Notes under the pieces: model-generated
What the model saw: the letters and a program-made list of their open reading frames with translations, nothing else
Told to the model about the DNA's origin: nothing
Databases searched by the model: none
Position numbers and translations under genes: made by a program
Shown: one piece after another, positions 11,623 through 21,760 of the stretch
How the letters are laid out: every line of letters starts with the position of its first letter
How positions within the stretch are numbered: the first letter of the stretch is position 1
Assembly (NCBI GenBank): GCA_965215765.1
Contig: OZ244118.1
Coordinates: 1,101,007-1,165,006, forward strand
Origin: an uncultured candidatus Porisulfidus sp.
GTDB lineage: Bacteria > Pseudomonadota > Gammaproteobacteria > Poriferisulfidales > Oxydemutatoraceae
Reading direction: 5' to 3'
Length of the DNA: 64,000 nt

Positions 11623-11683
11623 GGCGGCATGCTTTCTTCGCCGTTTTGCCAACTGCATTGACTGGGAAAGCCCTGCGCGCCGG

Positions 11684-12565
11684 GTGGGCTGTGTCAAGAG
11701 CAACTTGGCAACGAGCGGGATTGCAGTCGTGAAGATCACAGACGTGGATTTTTCGAGACCCTGTCTGATGGGGATTCTGAACGTCACGCCGGACAGTTTT
11801 TCAGACGGTGGGAATTATCTCGATCCGCGCAAGGCGGTTCGGCATGCTGAGGCAATGGTGGCGCAGGGGGTGGATATCATCGACGTTGGTGGGGAATCGA
11901 CCCGTCCCGGTTCCGAACGGGTCTCTGTTGCCGAACAAGGGCGTCGCGTGATTGACGTGATCTCTGCGATACGGAAAGGTTTTCCACATATTCCGGTCAG
12001 CATTGACACCACTAAAAGTGCAGTCGCAGATATGGCTTTGGCGGCGGGTGCCAGCATCCTGAATGATATTTCCGCTGGCTGTGAAGACCCTGGCATTTTC
12101 CGGCTTGCTGCAGAAAGCGGGGCTTATTTGTGTTTAATGCATAAACAGGGTTCTCCGAAGGACATGCAGAACGACCCGCACTATGAAGACGTGGTGGCTG
12201 AGGTGGAGGCGTTTTTATTACAGCGCGCGGAGGATGCGAAAGACTCCGGGATTGATGCCAGCAAAATTCTTCTGGATCCGGGCATTGGTTTCGGAAAAAC
12301 CTTGCAACACAATCTGGAACTGCTTGCCAATCTCCAAAACTTGACCCGCCATGCCTACCCGGTTTTGCTGGGTGCCAGTCGTAAGCGTTTTATCGCCAGT
12401 CTTTCGCGAGACGAGTTGCCGCAACAAAGAGAGCCGGCGAGTATCGCGACCACGGTTTATGGTTACTTAAGCGGCGTGAAAGTATTTCGTGTTCACGATG
12501 TGGCAGCCCATCACCAGGCATTGCTCGCCACGAGTGCCATTCACGCGCACCGCTTGCCCGCCTAA
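11684..12565 (+). CDS. folP: Dihydropteroate synthase. The true start may be the GTG at ~11729. The 3' end lies inside a tandem repeat.
   Basis: GILNVTPDSFSDGG is the DHPS signature, and the pterin-binding TIM-barrel fold is consistent along the length. Confidence 0.88.
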   Translation: MGCVKSNLATSGIAVVKITDVDFSRPCLMGILNVTPDSFSDGGNYLDPRKAVRHAEAMVAQGVDIIDVGGESTRPGSERVSVAEQGRRVIDVISAIRKGFPHIPVSIDTTKSAVADMALAAGASILNDISAGCEDPGIFRLAAESGAYLCLMHKQGSPKDMQNDPHYEDVVAEVEAFLLQRAEDAKDSGIDASKILLDPGIGFGKTLQHNLELLANLQNLTRHAYPVLLGASRKRFIASLSRDELPQQREPASIATTVYGYLSGVKVFRVHDVAAHHQALLATSAIHAHRLPA

Positions 12566-13440
12566 TGGCATTTTGCTTCAGGAAGAAGTCCGGACGGATG
12601 ACCCTCGTGCCCTCGTGCCCTTGTTTCCTGGGCGTGGTCTTGCGGGAGGTCTGAGCACAACAGGTGCAGAGACTTCACCGGATCACCGGTTTCCAAGGCA
12701 CTGATAAAAGCAAAAAGTTTGCAACCGCTGCCGCGAAGCTTGTGCAGATTGTGCCGGCTCACCCCACCGATGACGCACATCGGAATGCGCAGGGCTTGTC
12801 GAAATCGTGTTCACGATGTGGCAGCCCATCACCAGGCATTGCTCGCCACGAGTGCCATTCACGCGCACCGCTTGCCCGCCTAATGGCATTTTGCTTCAGG
12901 AAGAAGTCCGGACGGATGACCCTCGTGCTCTTGTCCCCTTGTTTCCTGGGCGTGGTCTTGCGGGAGGTCTGAGCACAACAGGTGCAGAGACTTCACCGGA
13001 TCACCGGTTTCCAAGGCACTGATAAAAGCAAAAAGTTTGCAACCGCTGCCGCGAAGCTTGTGCAGATTGTGCCGGCTCACCCCACCGATGACGCACATCG
13101 GAATGCGCAGGGCTTGTCGAAATCGTGTTCACGATGTGGCAGCCCATCACCAGGCATTGCTCGCCACGAGTGCCATTCACGCGCACCGCTTGCCCGCCTA
13201 ATGGCATTTTGCTTCAGGAAGAAGTCCGGACGGATGACCCTCATGCCCTTGTCCCCTCGTTTCCTGGGCGTGGTCTTGCGGGAGGTCTGAGCACAACAGG
13301 TGCAGAGACTTCACCGGATCACCGGTTTCCAAGGCACTGATAAAAGCAAAAAGTTTGCAACCGCTGCCGCGAAGCTTGTGCAGATTGTGCCGGCTCACCC
13401 CACCGATGACGCACATCGGAATGCGCAGGGCTTGTCGAAA
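12489..13440. repeat. 3 tandem copies (318 bp) of the convergent folP-3'/thiE-3' junction. Each unit holds the last ~25 codons of folP (+) and the last ~70 codons of thiE (-).
   Basis: Identical ORFs MFTMWQPITRHC... at 12489, 12807 and 13125 (+), and MCVIGGVSRHNLHKL... at 12562..12780, 12880..13098 and the thiE tail (-). Confidence 0.85.
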
Positions 13441-13902
13441 CTCAGCCAGTTTTTTGAATGTTGTTCGAGGGGTGCGCTTTTTGGTCTGCGAAGCGAAAGG
13501 TGAGCTGAAGGACACATAGTCCGCGCCCTGCGCCTGTGCCTGCAACGCCAAATCCAGGTGCTTATAGCAGGAAATGCCAATGATGCTTACAGTGCCAAGC
13601 ATGAGTCGGGCAGTGGCAATATCCGGGTCTTTGGCTCCCAAATGTACGCCGTGTGCCCCTGTGACATGAGCAAGCACTGGGTCGTCGTTCACGAGCAAAA
13701 GAATCCCGTTTCTTTCACAGGCATCACGCAGAGCCATGATCCTCGGCAAATTGTGAAAGGCATTTCCGCTTTTGTCGCGGTATTGCAGGATGCTGAAGTC
13801 AGCCGCAAGCCAGGCATCCAGCGTTCTGGTACGCAACAGGCGAGCCAGCAGTTCTGGCGATAAAACAGGGTAGAGACCGGCAAGGATGGGGGAGGTCAAC
13901 AA
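13198..13902 (-). CDS. thiE: Thiamine-phosphate synthase ThiE. A TTG start immediately after the thiD stop is proposed. The C-terminal tail extends into the 318-bp repeat.
   Basis: LYPVLSPEL..., GAHGVHLGAKD and GADYVSFSSPFASQTKK...IPMCVIGGV... match ThiE blocks. The start coordinate is inferred. Confidence 0.7.
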   Translation of the reverse strand: MLTSPILAGLYPVLSPELLARLLRTRTLDAWLAADFSILQYRDKSGNAFHNLPRIMALRDACERNGILLLVNDDPVLAHVTGAHGVHLGAKDPDIATARLMLGTVSIIGISCYKHLDLALQAQAQGADYVSFSSPFASQTKKRTPRTTFKKLAEFRQALRIPMCVIGGVSRHNLHKLRGSGCKLFAFISALETGDPVKSLHLLCSDLPQDHAQETRGQGHEGHPSGLLPEAKCH

Positions 13903-13903
13903 G

Positions 13904-14674
13904 TCAGTAGCGTTTTGGCAGCCATGTTCCTTTATCGCTTTGCACGGCACCAAGAAGAGCGGTGTGCGTGAAATCCAGTGCTTTTTGGATGGCAGCTTCC
14001 AAAGGATGGGCACAAGCCATGTACGTGGCAATGGCGCTTGCCAATGTGCAGCCACTGCCGTGATAGCGATGCGGCAGTCGGCGGCTGCGGAAAGTTTGTG
14101 TGGGGCTCTTTGTCTGGTACAAGCGGTGCCTCAATTCTCTGTGTGTGGTTTCCACGCTGGTGACTAATATCGCCGCGCATCCTGTATCAAGCAGAGCCTG
14201 TGCTGCCGTGTCTGCATGATGTGTTCCCGGAGCCAGCAACAGCACCTCTTCACGGTTAGGGGTTGCCAGACATGCCATAGGCAGCAGCCGCTTTTGCAAA
14301 GCCGTGATTCCGGCTGTCGTGCTGAGCGACTGACCCGTCCCGGCATTGATGATCGGGTCAATGAGCAAAGGGACAGGTGGAAATTCCTTCAAGACTTCGC
14401 TGAGAGTTCTGGCATGAGGGCCCAGCATTCCAGTTTTAACCAGAGAGATTTTGAACTCTGAAAAAAGTGTTTGAATCTGAGCGCGCAGACTGCGGGCACT
14501 CGTGGCTTGCCAGGAAAAGATGGTGCTTCCGCTTTGGATGGTGTTGCAGCTAAGTGCGCAGACCGGGCGACCCCCGCAGGCGGAAACCGTTTCTATGTCG
14601 GCCTGCAACCCGGCACCTCCGGTCGGGTCGAATCCGGAAATGCACAGTACGATGGGTGTTTTGTTGTTAGCCAA
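13904..14674 (-). CDS. thiD: Hydroxymethylpyrimidine/phosphomethylpyrimidine kinase ThiD.
   Basis: ISGFDPTGGAGLQADIETVSACGG... and GSGCTLASAIA are ThiD motifs. The length is 256 aa. Confidence 0.85.
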   Translation of the reverse strand: MANNKTPIVLCISGFDPTGGAGLQADIETVSACGGRPVCALSCNTIQSGSTIFSWQATSARSLRAQIQTLFSEFKISLVKTGMLGPHARTLSEVLKEFPPVPLLIDPIINAGTGQSLSTTAGITALQKRLLPMACLATPNREEVLLLAPGTHHADTAAQALLDTGCAAILVTSVETTHRELRHRLYQTKSPTQTFRSRRLPHRYHGSGCTLASAIATYMACAHPLEAAIQKALDFTHTALLGAVQSDKGTWLPKRY

Positions 14675-14989
14675 AGAGGCAGAACGGATGCCACGCAGCA
14701 GCGTAGAAAATGGCGGTGCTACACAAGCGAGGGCTTTTGCCAGCGGTGCAGTTGTTGTTTGCCAAGGCGAGAGAAATCAGAATCAGCGATCTTTGTTTCT
14801 GGTGACTCATTCTGCTTCATTATGCAATCGGGCACACCGTCGAATCAGGGTCTCGGCCAATCGCGTTGCTCTGACGAAGGATGCTGCCGAGTAGAATAGC
14901 CCGCCTTGTGGTGCAAAGTGAGGCTGTTGCGTGTTATTGCCTGATTGTTTGCGAATCGGGTGTTATTTTTCCTGTCAGGAGTGGTCAAG

Positions 14990-15172
14990 ATGACTTATAA
15001 GAAATGGATGTGCCTTGTCTGTGGGTGGATTTATGATGAGGAGCATGGGGTGCCGGAAGATGGCATTGCCCCCGGCACACGGTGGCAGGATGTGCCGGCT
15101 CATTGGACGTGCCCGGAATGCGGTGCAACAAAGGGAGATTTTGACATGGTCGTGATCCCATCGGACAGGTGA
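14990..15172 (+). CDS. Rubredoxin (~60 aa). The internal ATG after GGAG is preferred to the ORF-track start at 14945.
   Basis: CLVCGWIYDE...WTCPECGATKGDF carries the two CxxCG/CPxCG knuckles. Confidence 0.85.
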   Translation: MTYKKWMCLVCGWIYDEEHGVPEDGIAPGTRWQDVPAHWTCPECGATKGDFDMVVIPSDR

Positions 15173-15242
15173 GCGAAAAGTGCTTCGCTGAAAGCTGTCT
15201 CCCTGACCCGCCATTTTCCTGAAACGACTGCTACATTCCTGG

Positions 15243-16574
15243 TTGCCGCCTGAGCATTTCAGGCTTTGGCAAATCACGCTTCCCATGATGTTGACCGGTC
15301 TGTCGGTTCCCTTGCTGGGTTTTGTGGATATCGCAGTGCTTGGCCATCTTGACGATTCGCTTTTTCTTGCGGCGGGGGCTGTCGGGATTGCTGTGATGCA
15401 TTTTCTGTTCTGGCTTTTCGGGTTTTTGCGCATGGGCACGACCGGGATCACCGCACAGTTATACGGAGGAGGGGAACTCAAAACCTTGGTGCGGTGCTTT
15501 CACCAAGTGCTGTTTCTGGGTTTGTTCCTTGCGGGCATTCTGATTCTGCTGAAAGGACCGTTGGTAGAACTGGTTTTGTATTTGTATCACCCGGGTCAAT
15601 CGTTGAGAACCTTGATTTCCGATTATGTAGACGTGCGGATTTGGGCGGCTCCGGCAACCTTTGCCAATTTTATTTTCTGGGGAGTTTTTCTGGGCTTGCA
15701 AAAGCCGCTGGGTCCGTTGGTGCTGATGCTGTTTGTAAACACCTTGAATGCCGTTCTGGATGTGTTTTTTGTGTTTTATATGGGGCTTGACGTGGCCGGG
15801 GTTGCCTTGGCTTCAGTGATAGCTGAATACTGTGGGTTGATACCTGCTATCTGGCTGCTGAGACGTCTCTTCCCCGCCGGCTTCAGTGCCTGGCGCGTTT
15901 CGGAATGGAAGGCGTCCCAGTTGTGGGCATTGCTCTCTTTGAACTATTACCTGTTCCTGCGAACCTTGTTGCTACTGTTTGCCTTTTTCTTTTTCAATTT
16001 GCAATCTGCCAAGTTGGGCGCGGAGTATGTCTCCGCCAATGCCATTTTGATCAACATGCTGATGTTCACGGCTTTTGCGCTTGACGGATTCGCATACGCC
16101 ATTGAAACTTTGGTCGGGTATTGCGCGGGTCGCCGTGACCTTGTGGGGACGAAAAAATTTTTGGCGGCTGGCTGGCTTTGGGCGGGGTTGCTAGGCGGCT
16201 GTTTTTCTCTGTTTTACGGCTTCGGTGGTGGCTGGCTCATTCATTTGTTGACGGATCTGCCCGAGGTGCAGGTGGTCGCAGAGGAATTTCTTTATTGGAT
16301 GGTGTTGATGCCTCTGTTGTGCGTGGTTCCTTTTTTTTACGACGGTGTTTTTATTGGCTTGCTGAGATTCAAAGAGATGATGGTGTGTCTGCTGTTTGCG
16401 ACCCTTGTGGTGTACTTGCCGCTTTGGTACTTTCTCCGCGATTTTGGCAACGATGGACTCTGGATGGCGATGTGTGCTTTTATGCTGGCTCGTGGTCTGG
16501 TGCTCCATATCTGGTATTTGCACTGGCGTGCCAACAACGCGCTTTTTGCCGAGCCGGGGAGAAAAATTGTATAA
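15243..16574 (+). CDS. MATE-family multidrug efflux transporter (DinF/NorM-like), about 12 TM helices.
   Basis: Hydrophobic 443-aa ORF. The N-terminus ...LPMMLTGLSVPLLGFVDIAVLGHL resembles DinF. Confidence 0.8.
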   Translation: MPPEHFRLWQITLPMMLTGLSVPLLGFVDIAVLGHLDDSLFLAAGAVGIAVMHFLFWLFGFLRMGTTGITAQLYGGGELKTLVRCFHQVLFLGLFLAGILILLKGPLVELVLYLYHPGQSLRTLISDYVDVRIWAAPATFANFIFWGVFLGLQKPLGPLVLMLFVNTLNAVLDVFFVFYMGLDVAGVALASVIAEYCGLIPAIWLLRRLFPAGFSAWRVSEWKASQLWALLSLNYYLFLRTLLLLFAFFFFNLQSAKLGAEYVSANAILINMLMFTAFALDGFAYAIETLVGYCAGRRDLVGTKKFLAAGWLWAGLLGGCFSLFYGFGGGWLIHLLTDLPEVQVVAEEFLYWMVLMPLLCVVPFFYDGVFIGLLRFKEMMVCLLFATLVVYLPLWYFLRDFGNDGLWMAMCAFMLARGLVLHIWYLHWRANNALFAEPGRKIV

Positions 16575-16630
16575 GGTCAGCCAGGTTTGAAAAGTGCCAT
16601 AAAGGCGGCATTGCTTACATAAGGAGGTGA

Positions 16631-17374
16631 ATGATGAATTTTCTGGTATTTCAGCATATAGCGTGTGAGCACCCCGGTGTTTTTCGTGACTTTATGCGTT
16701 CAGACGGCGTGAGCTGGGACACGGTGGAGCTGGACGAAGGTGAGAGTATTCCTGACCTGGACGCATACGACGCGCTTTTGGTGATGGGTGGCCCGATGGA
16801 TGTCTGGCAGACACAAAGCTATCCCTGGTTGCTTAAGGAGACCGAAACGATACGGCACTGGGTGCAAACGCTGAACAAGCCATTTTTGGGTTTTTGTCTG
16901 GGGCATCAACTGCTGGCGGTCGCATTAGGCGGGGAAGTCGGCTCCTCAAAAGATGCGGAAATCGGGGTGATGGAAGTCGCATTGAGCGAGTCAGGCCAGT
17001 CCAGTCATTTTTTTGCAGCTTGCCCAAAAAACATCCCATGCCTGCAATGGCATTTTGCTGAAGTGAGCCAATTGCCGGCTGGAGCAACGGTTCTGGCTTC
17101 TTCGCCAAGGTGTAAAGTGAATGCGATGTCGTGGGGCTTAAGGGGTTTTGAAAAGGCGTTCTCGGTGCAGTTTCATGTAGAAATCAGCAAAGACACGGTC
17201 AGGCAGTGGGGCAGCATACCCGAATACGAACAGGCGCTTGAAAAGTCTTTGGGGGCAGGAGCACTGTCCAGACTGGAACAAGATGCGGCGCGTGTCATGC
17301 CGGAACTTAACAAGCTGGCTCGCCAGCTGTATGAAAATTTTATGCGGCAGGTGAGGGCTGAAAAAGCATCTTGA
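16631..17374 (+). CDS. Class I (type 1) glutamine amidotransferase-like protein, copy 1.
   Basis: The GFCLGHQLL nucleophile-elbow Cys and downstream His/Glu fit the GATase1 fold. The length is 247 aa. Confidence 0.75.
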   Translation: MMNFLVFQHIACEHPGVFRDFMRSDGVSWDTVELDEGESIPDLDAYDALLVMGGPMDVWQTQSYPWLLKETETIRHWVQTLNKPFLGFCLGHQLLAVALGGEVGSSKDAEIGVMEVALSESGQSSHFFAACPKNIPCLQWHFAEVSQLPAGATVLASSPRCKVNAMSWGLRGFEKAFSVQFHVEISKDTVRQWGSIPEYEQALEKSLGAGALSRLEQDAARVMPELNKLARQLYENFMRQVRAEKAS

Positions 17375-17433
17375 CTTTCAGCTTCCTGATTGGACAGCGC
17401 GTTTTTGGGTGCGCTTTTGCGTAGGCGCTGAAG

Positions 17434-19304
17434 CCGTTTGCCATCAGGCGATCAAGCGGCTGTCAGGCCGTTTCGTCTTTTCCGCAGATTTCCCGCAGCT
17501 TGTCCTTGGGATCATCCGCGGTCAGCAGTGCTTCTCCGATCAGGAAGGCATACACCGAAGCGTCTTGCAGTTTGAGAACATCAGCGCGATTGTGGATGCC
17601 ACTTTCGCTGACGAGCAGGTAGTTGGCTTCTGGTGGTATCTCGGACGCCAAGCGTAATGTGACATCCAGACGTGTGGTGAAGTCACTCAGGTTGCGATTG
17701 TTGATGCCGCTCGCCGTTTGCCATCAGGCGATCAAGCAGTTGTCAGGCCGCTTTGGTACTTTCCCCGCGATTTTGGCAACGATGGACTCTGGATGGCGAT
17801 GTGTGCTTTTATGCTGGCTCGTGGTCTGGTGCTCCATGGCGTGCCAACAACACGCTTTTTGCCGAGCCGGGGAGAAAAATTGTATAAGGCCGACCAGGCT
17901 TGAAAAGTGCCATAAAGGCGGCCTTGCTTACATAAGGAGGTGAATGATGAATTTTCTGGTATTTCAGCATATAGCGTGTGCACACCTCGGTGTTTTTCGT
18001 GACTTTATGCGTTCAGACGGCGTGAGTTGGGACACGGTGGAGCTGGACGAAGGTGAGAGTATTCCTGACCTGGATGCATACGACGCGCTTTTGGTCATGG
18101 GTGGCTCGATGGATGTCTGGCAGACACAAAGCTATCCCTGGTTGCTTAAGGAGACCGAAACGATACGGCACTGGGTGCAAACGCTGAACAAGCCATTTTT
18201 GGGTTTTTGCCTGGGGCATCAACTGCTGGCGGTCGCATTAGGCGGGGAAGTCGGTCCCTCAAAAGATGCGGAAATCGGGGTGATGGAAGTCGCATTGAGC
18301 GAGTCAGGTCAGTCCAGTCATTTTTTTGCAGCTTGTCCAAAAAACATCCCATGCCTGCAATGGCATTTTGCTGAAGTGAGCCAATTGCCGGCTGGAGCAA
18401 CGGTTCTGGCTTCTTCGCCAAGGTGTAAAGTGAATGCGATGTCGTGGGGCTTAAGGGGTTTTGAAAAGGCGTTCTCGGTGCAGTTTCATGTAGAAATCAG
18501 CAAAGACACGGTCAGGCAGTGGGGCAGCATACCCGAACTCGAACAGGTGCTTGAAAAGTCTTTGGGGGCAGGAGCACTGTCCAGACTGGAACAAGATGCG
18601 GCGCGTGTCATGCCGGAACTTAACAAGCTGGCTCGCCAGCTGTATGAAAATTTTATGCGGCAGGTGAGGGCTGAAAAAGCATCTTGACTTCCAGCTTCCT
18701 GATTGGGCAGCGCGTTTTTGGGCGCGCTTTTGCGTAGGCACTGAAGCCGTTTGCCATCAGGCGACAAGCCGTTGTCAGGCCGTTTCGTCTTTTCCACAGA
18801 TTTCCCGCAGCTTGTCCTTGGGATCATCCGCGGTCAGCAGTGCTTCTCCAATCAGGAAGGCGTACACCGAAGCGTCTTGCAGTTTGAGAACATCAGCGCG
18901 ATTGTGGATGCCACTTTCGCTGACGAGCAGGTAGTTGGCTTCTGGTGGTATCTCGGACGCCAAGCGTAATGTGACATCCAGACGTGTGGTGAAGTCACTC
19001 AGGTTGCGATTGTTGATGCCGCTCGCCGTTTGCCATCAGGCGACAAGCCGTTGTCAGGCCGTTTCGTCTTTTCCGCAGATTTCCCGCAGCTTGTCCTTGG
19101 GATCATCCGCGGTCAGCAGTGCTTCTCCGATCAGGAAGGCATACACCGAAGCGTCTTGCAGTTTGAGAACATCAGCGCGATTGTGGATGCTACTTTCGCT
19201 GACGAGCAGGTAGTTGGCTTCTGGTGGTATCTCGGACGCCAAGCGTAATGTGACATCCAGACGTGTGGTGAAGTCACTCAGGTTGCGATTGTGGATGCCG
19301 CTCG
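17434..19304. repeat. Composite duplication. A ~1.32-kb segment (MATE 3' end + GATase + trpC 3' end) is repeated (16421-17749 then 17750-19025). A 279-bp trpC-3' unit occurs 4 times (17434, 18747, 19026 and the real one at 19305).
   Basis: Near-identical ORFs at 16631 and 17944. The trpC C-terminal fragments MASEIPPEANYLLVSESGIHNRADV... occur at 17463..17651, 18775..18963 and 19054..19242. A MATE C-terminal fragment lies at 17718..17903 with a 16-bp deletion. Confidence 0.85.
17944..18687 (+). CDS. Class I glutamine amidotransferase-like protein, copy 2 (about 6 aa differences from copy 1).
   Basis: It is 98% identical to 16631..17374, including the upstream RBS region. Confidence 0.75.
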   Translation: MMNFLVFQHIACAHLGVFRDFMRSDGVSWDTVELDEGESIPDLDAYDALLVMGGSMDVWQTQSYPWLLKETETIRHWVQTLNKPFLGFCLGHQLLAVALGGEVGPSKDAEIGVMEVALSESGQSSHFFAACPKNIPCLQWHFAEVSQLPAGATVLASSPRCKVNAMSWGLRGFEKAFSVQFHVEISKDTVRQWGSIPELEQVLEKSLGAGALSRLEQDAARVMPELNKLARQLYENFMRQVRAEKAS

Positions 19305-19333
19305 CCGTTTGCCATCAGGCGATCAAGCAGTTG

Positions 19334-20194
19334 TCAGGCCGTTTCGTCTTTTCCGCAGATTTCCCGCAGCTTGTCCTTGGGATCATCCGCGGTCAGCAGT
19401 GCTTCTCCGATCAGGAAGGCGTACACCGAAGCGTCTTGCAGTTTGAGAACATCAGCGCGATTGTGGATGCCACTTTCGCTGACGAGCAGGTAGTTGGCTT
19501 CTGGTGGTATCTCGGACGCCAAGCGTAATGTGACATCCAGACGTGTGGTGAAGTCACTCAGGTTGCGATTGTTGATGCCAATCAATTTCAGCGCTTCGCC
19601 AAGTTCAAGCGCGTATTCCAGATCTGCTTCGTCGTGAATCTCTACCAGCGCGTCCATGCCGAGTTCATCGGCCTGGCTTAGCAGATCGGCCATCTGTTGT
19701 CCGCTCAATGCCTTGGCAATCAGCAATAAGGCATCGGCGCCGTAAGCCCGGCTTTCCACGATTTGCCAAGGGTCAATGATGAAGTCCTTCCGCAAGACGG
19801 GCAAAAAACAGTAGCGGCGAATCATGTCAAGGTGAACGCCTGAGCCTTTGAAAAAATGTTCTTCCGTCAAAACCGAGAGGCATGTAGCACCGGCCTGAGC
19901 GTATTGTCGCGCCAGTTCCAACGGCTGAAACGGCTCGCACAAGATTCCACGACTGGGAGAGGCGCGTTTGATCTCGGCAATGACCGCGGTCTCCTGCTTT
20001 TCTGTGATGCCTTGCAAAGCGGTCAGGAAGCCGCGCGTGTATCCCTGTTCCTCGCCTCGCTCTTTGAGTTCGGTCACTTTCCGGTGCCTTTTGGCATCCG
20101 CTATTGTTTCTTTTTTCTGCTCAAGTATTTTTCGCAACAAGCCCTCTGGTCTTTTCAATTTCTCTCCCTCCTGAGTTGTGCGGTGGTTTCGCAA
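19334..20194 (-). CDS. trpC: Indole-3-glycerol phosphate synthase.
   Basis: Conserved blocks LTEEHFFKGS, FLPVLRKDFIIDPWQI and GINNRNL match TrpC. Confidence 0.9.
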   Translation of the reverse strand: MRNHRTTQEGEKLKRPEGLLRKILEQKKETIADAKRHRKVTELKERGEEQGYTRGFLTALQGITEKQETAVIAEIKRASPSRGILCEPFQPLELARQYAQAGATCLSVLTEEHFFKGSGVHLDMIRRYCFLPVLRKDFIIDPWQIVESRAYGADALLLIAKALSGQQMADLLSQADELGMDALVEIHDEADLEYALELGEALKLIGINNRNLSDFTTRLDVTLRLASEIPPEANYLLVSESGIHNRADVLKLQDASVYAFLIGEALLTADDPKDKLREICGKDETA

Positions 20195-21189
20195 AGTTTC
20201 CGGAGGGTGTTTTCGGCAGCACCGGATTGAATCGCTGTTGAGGCAATGGTGACCCCCTCTTCAAGGGTTTTTGCCATCCCTGAAACGTAAATGGCTCCTC
20301 CGGCGTTCATCGCCACGACATTCCGTGCGGGTCCCGCCTCGCCGGCGAACACCCGTTTTATGATCGCCAGACTTTCTGCCGCTCCGGAGGCACTGATGGT
20401 TGCTTTGTCTGCCAGGTCAAAGCCGAAGTTTTCCGGGCTCAGTGTGTAGATTGATTCTTGATCCTGAACCCGCTCCACGACCCGAGTTTTTGCGGAAATG
20501 GATATTTCGTCCATTCCGTCTTCGCCGTGTACCACCAGGACATGGCGCACGCCAAGTTGGGTGGCCGCTCGAGCCATTGGAAACAGCCATGTGGGGTCGA
20601 ACACACCCAGCAAACGATTATCGGCATGAGCAGGGTTCGCCAAGGGACCCAGCAAGTTGAAAATTGTCCGCACTGACAAGGCTTTGCGTACAGGGCCGAC
20701 GTGGCGCATGGCAGTGTGGTAGACCGGTGCGAAGAGAAAGCCCAGCCCGGTTTCTTCAATACACCGAATCACTTCGGAGGGTTGCAAGGAAATTTCGACT
20801 CCGGCTGCTTCCAAAACGTCAGCGCTTCCGGTTGACCCGGACACGGCACGGTTGCCATGTTTGGCGATTTTGACTCCGGCGGCGGCAGCGACGATGGCAG
20901 CAGCGGTGGAGATATTAAAAGTGCCGGAGGCATCTCCGCCCGTGCCGCAGGTGTCAGTCAAAGGTGCTGGCCAAGACTCCGTCTGCAGGGCGAATTTTTG
21001 CAACACCATGGCCGCTGTGGCAATTTCTTCAGCGCTTTCTTTTTTTGCGCGCCAGGCGATCAAAAGCCCGGCTGTCTGTGCAGCGTCAAGCTCACCCGAC
21101 ATCAGCGCGTTCATGACCGCTGTGACTTGGTGGGGCGCAAGTGCCCGTCTGGCAAGCAGCGTCTCCAGAATTTCCTTATAGGCAGTCAT
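20155..21189 (-). CDS. trpD: Anthranilate phosphoribosyltransferase.
   Basis: [27 protein letters not shown] and [18 protein letters not shown] match TrpD. Confidence 0.92.
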   Translation of the reverse strand: MTAYKEILETLLARRALAPHQVTAVMNALMSGELDAAQTAGLLIAWRAKKESAEEIATAAMVLQKFALQTESWPAPLTDTCGTGGDASGTFNISTAAAIVAAAAGVKIAKHGNRAVSGSTGSADVLEAAGVEISLQPSEVIRCIEETGLGFLFAPVYHTAMRHVGPVRKALSVRTIFNLLGPLANPAHADNRLLGVFDPTWLFPMARAATQLGVRHVLVVHGEDGMDEISISAKTRVVERVQDQESIYTLSPENFGFDLADKATISASGAAESLAIIKRVFAGEAGPARNVVAMNAGGAIYVSGMAKTLEEGVTIASTAIQSGAAENTLRKLCETTAQLRRERN

Positions 21190-21760
21190 GCAGAAAGTGA
21201 TCCAGAAGTTTGTGCCCGTTCTCTGTCAAGATGGATTCGGGGTGGAACTGGACACCGACCAAGGGATATTCCCGGTGTCTGATGCCCATGATTTCTTCGA
21301 CTGTTCCGTTCGCATTCAACGTCCAGGCCGTCACTTCAAAGCAGTCTGGCAGGGTTTCCTTTTGAATGGACAGCGAGTGATAGCGGACTGCCTGGTAGGG
21401 GTTTGCAAAGCCCTCGAACAGCCCTTTTCCGTCGTGGTGAATCAAGGAGGTCTTGCCGTGCATGATGTGTTGTGCACGTACGATTTTTCCGCCGAAGGCC
21501 TGGCAGATGCTCTGGTGTCCAAGGCAGACGCCGATGATTGGCAATTGCCCGGCAAAACGACGAACCAGCTCCAGGGATATTCCGGCTTTCTCTGGTCGGC
21601 AAGGCCCAGGAGAGAGCACAATGCGCTCCGGCTGTCGGCGTTCTATTTCGTCCAGCGTAATCTGGTTGTTTCGTTCTACCCACACCTCTGCACCGAGCTC
21701 GCCCAAGTACTGGACGAGGTTGTACGTGAAAGAGTCGTAGTTGTCGAGAACCAGGATCAT
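21176..21760 (-). CDS. trpG: Anthranilate synthase component II (glutamine amidotransferase). The start is at the ATG overlapping the trpE stop (ATGA).
   Basis: [19 protein letters not shown]..., GVCLGHQ and VQFHPES match TrpG/PabA. Confidence 0.9.
   Translation of the reverse strand: MILVLDNYDSFTYNLVQYLGELGAEVWVERNNQITLDEIERRQPERIVLSPGPCRPEKAGISLELVRRFAGQLPIIGVCLGHQSICQAFGGKIVRAQHIMHGKTSLIHHDGKGLFEGFANPYQAVRYHSLSIQKETLPDCFEVTAWTLNANGTVEEIMGIRHREYPLVGVQFHPESILTENGHKLLDHFLHDCL

Noticed and set aside
12489-13440. Possibility that the regular tandem repeats are CRISPR arrays
   Set aside because: The units are 150-320 bp with no short unique spacers, and they consist of recognisable gene-terminus fragments. 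That is not a CRISPR architecture.
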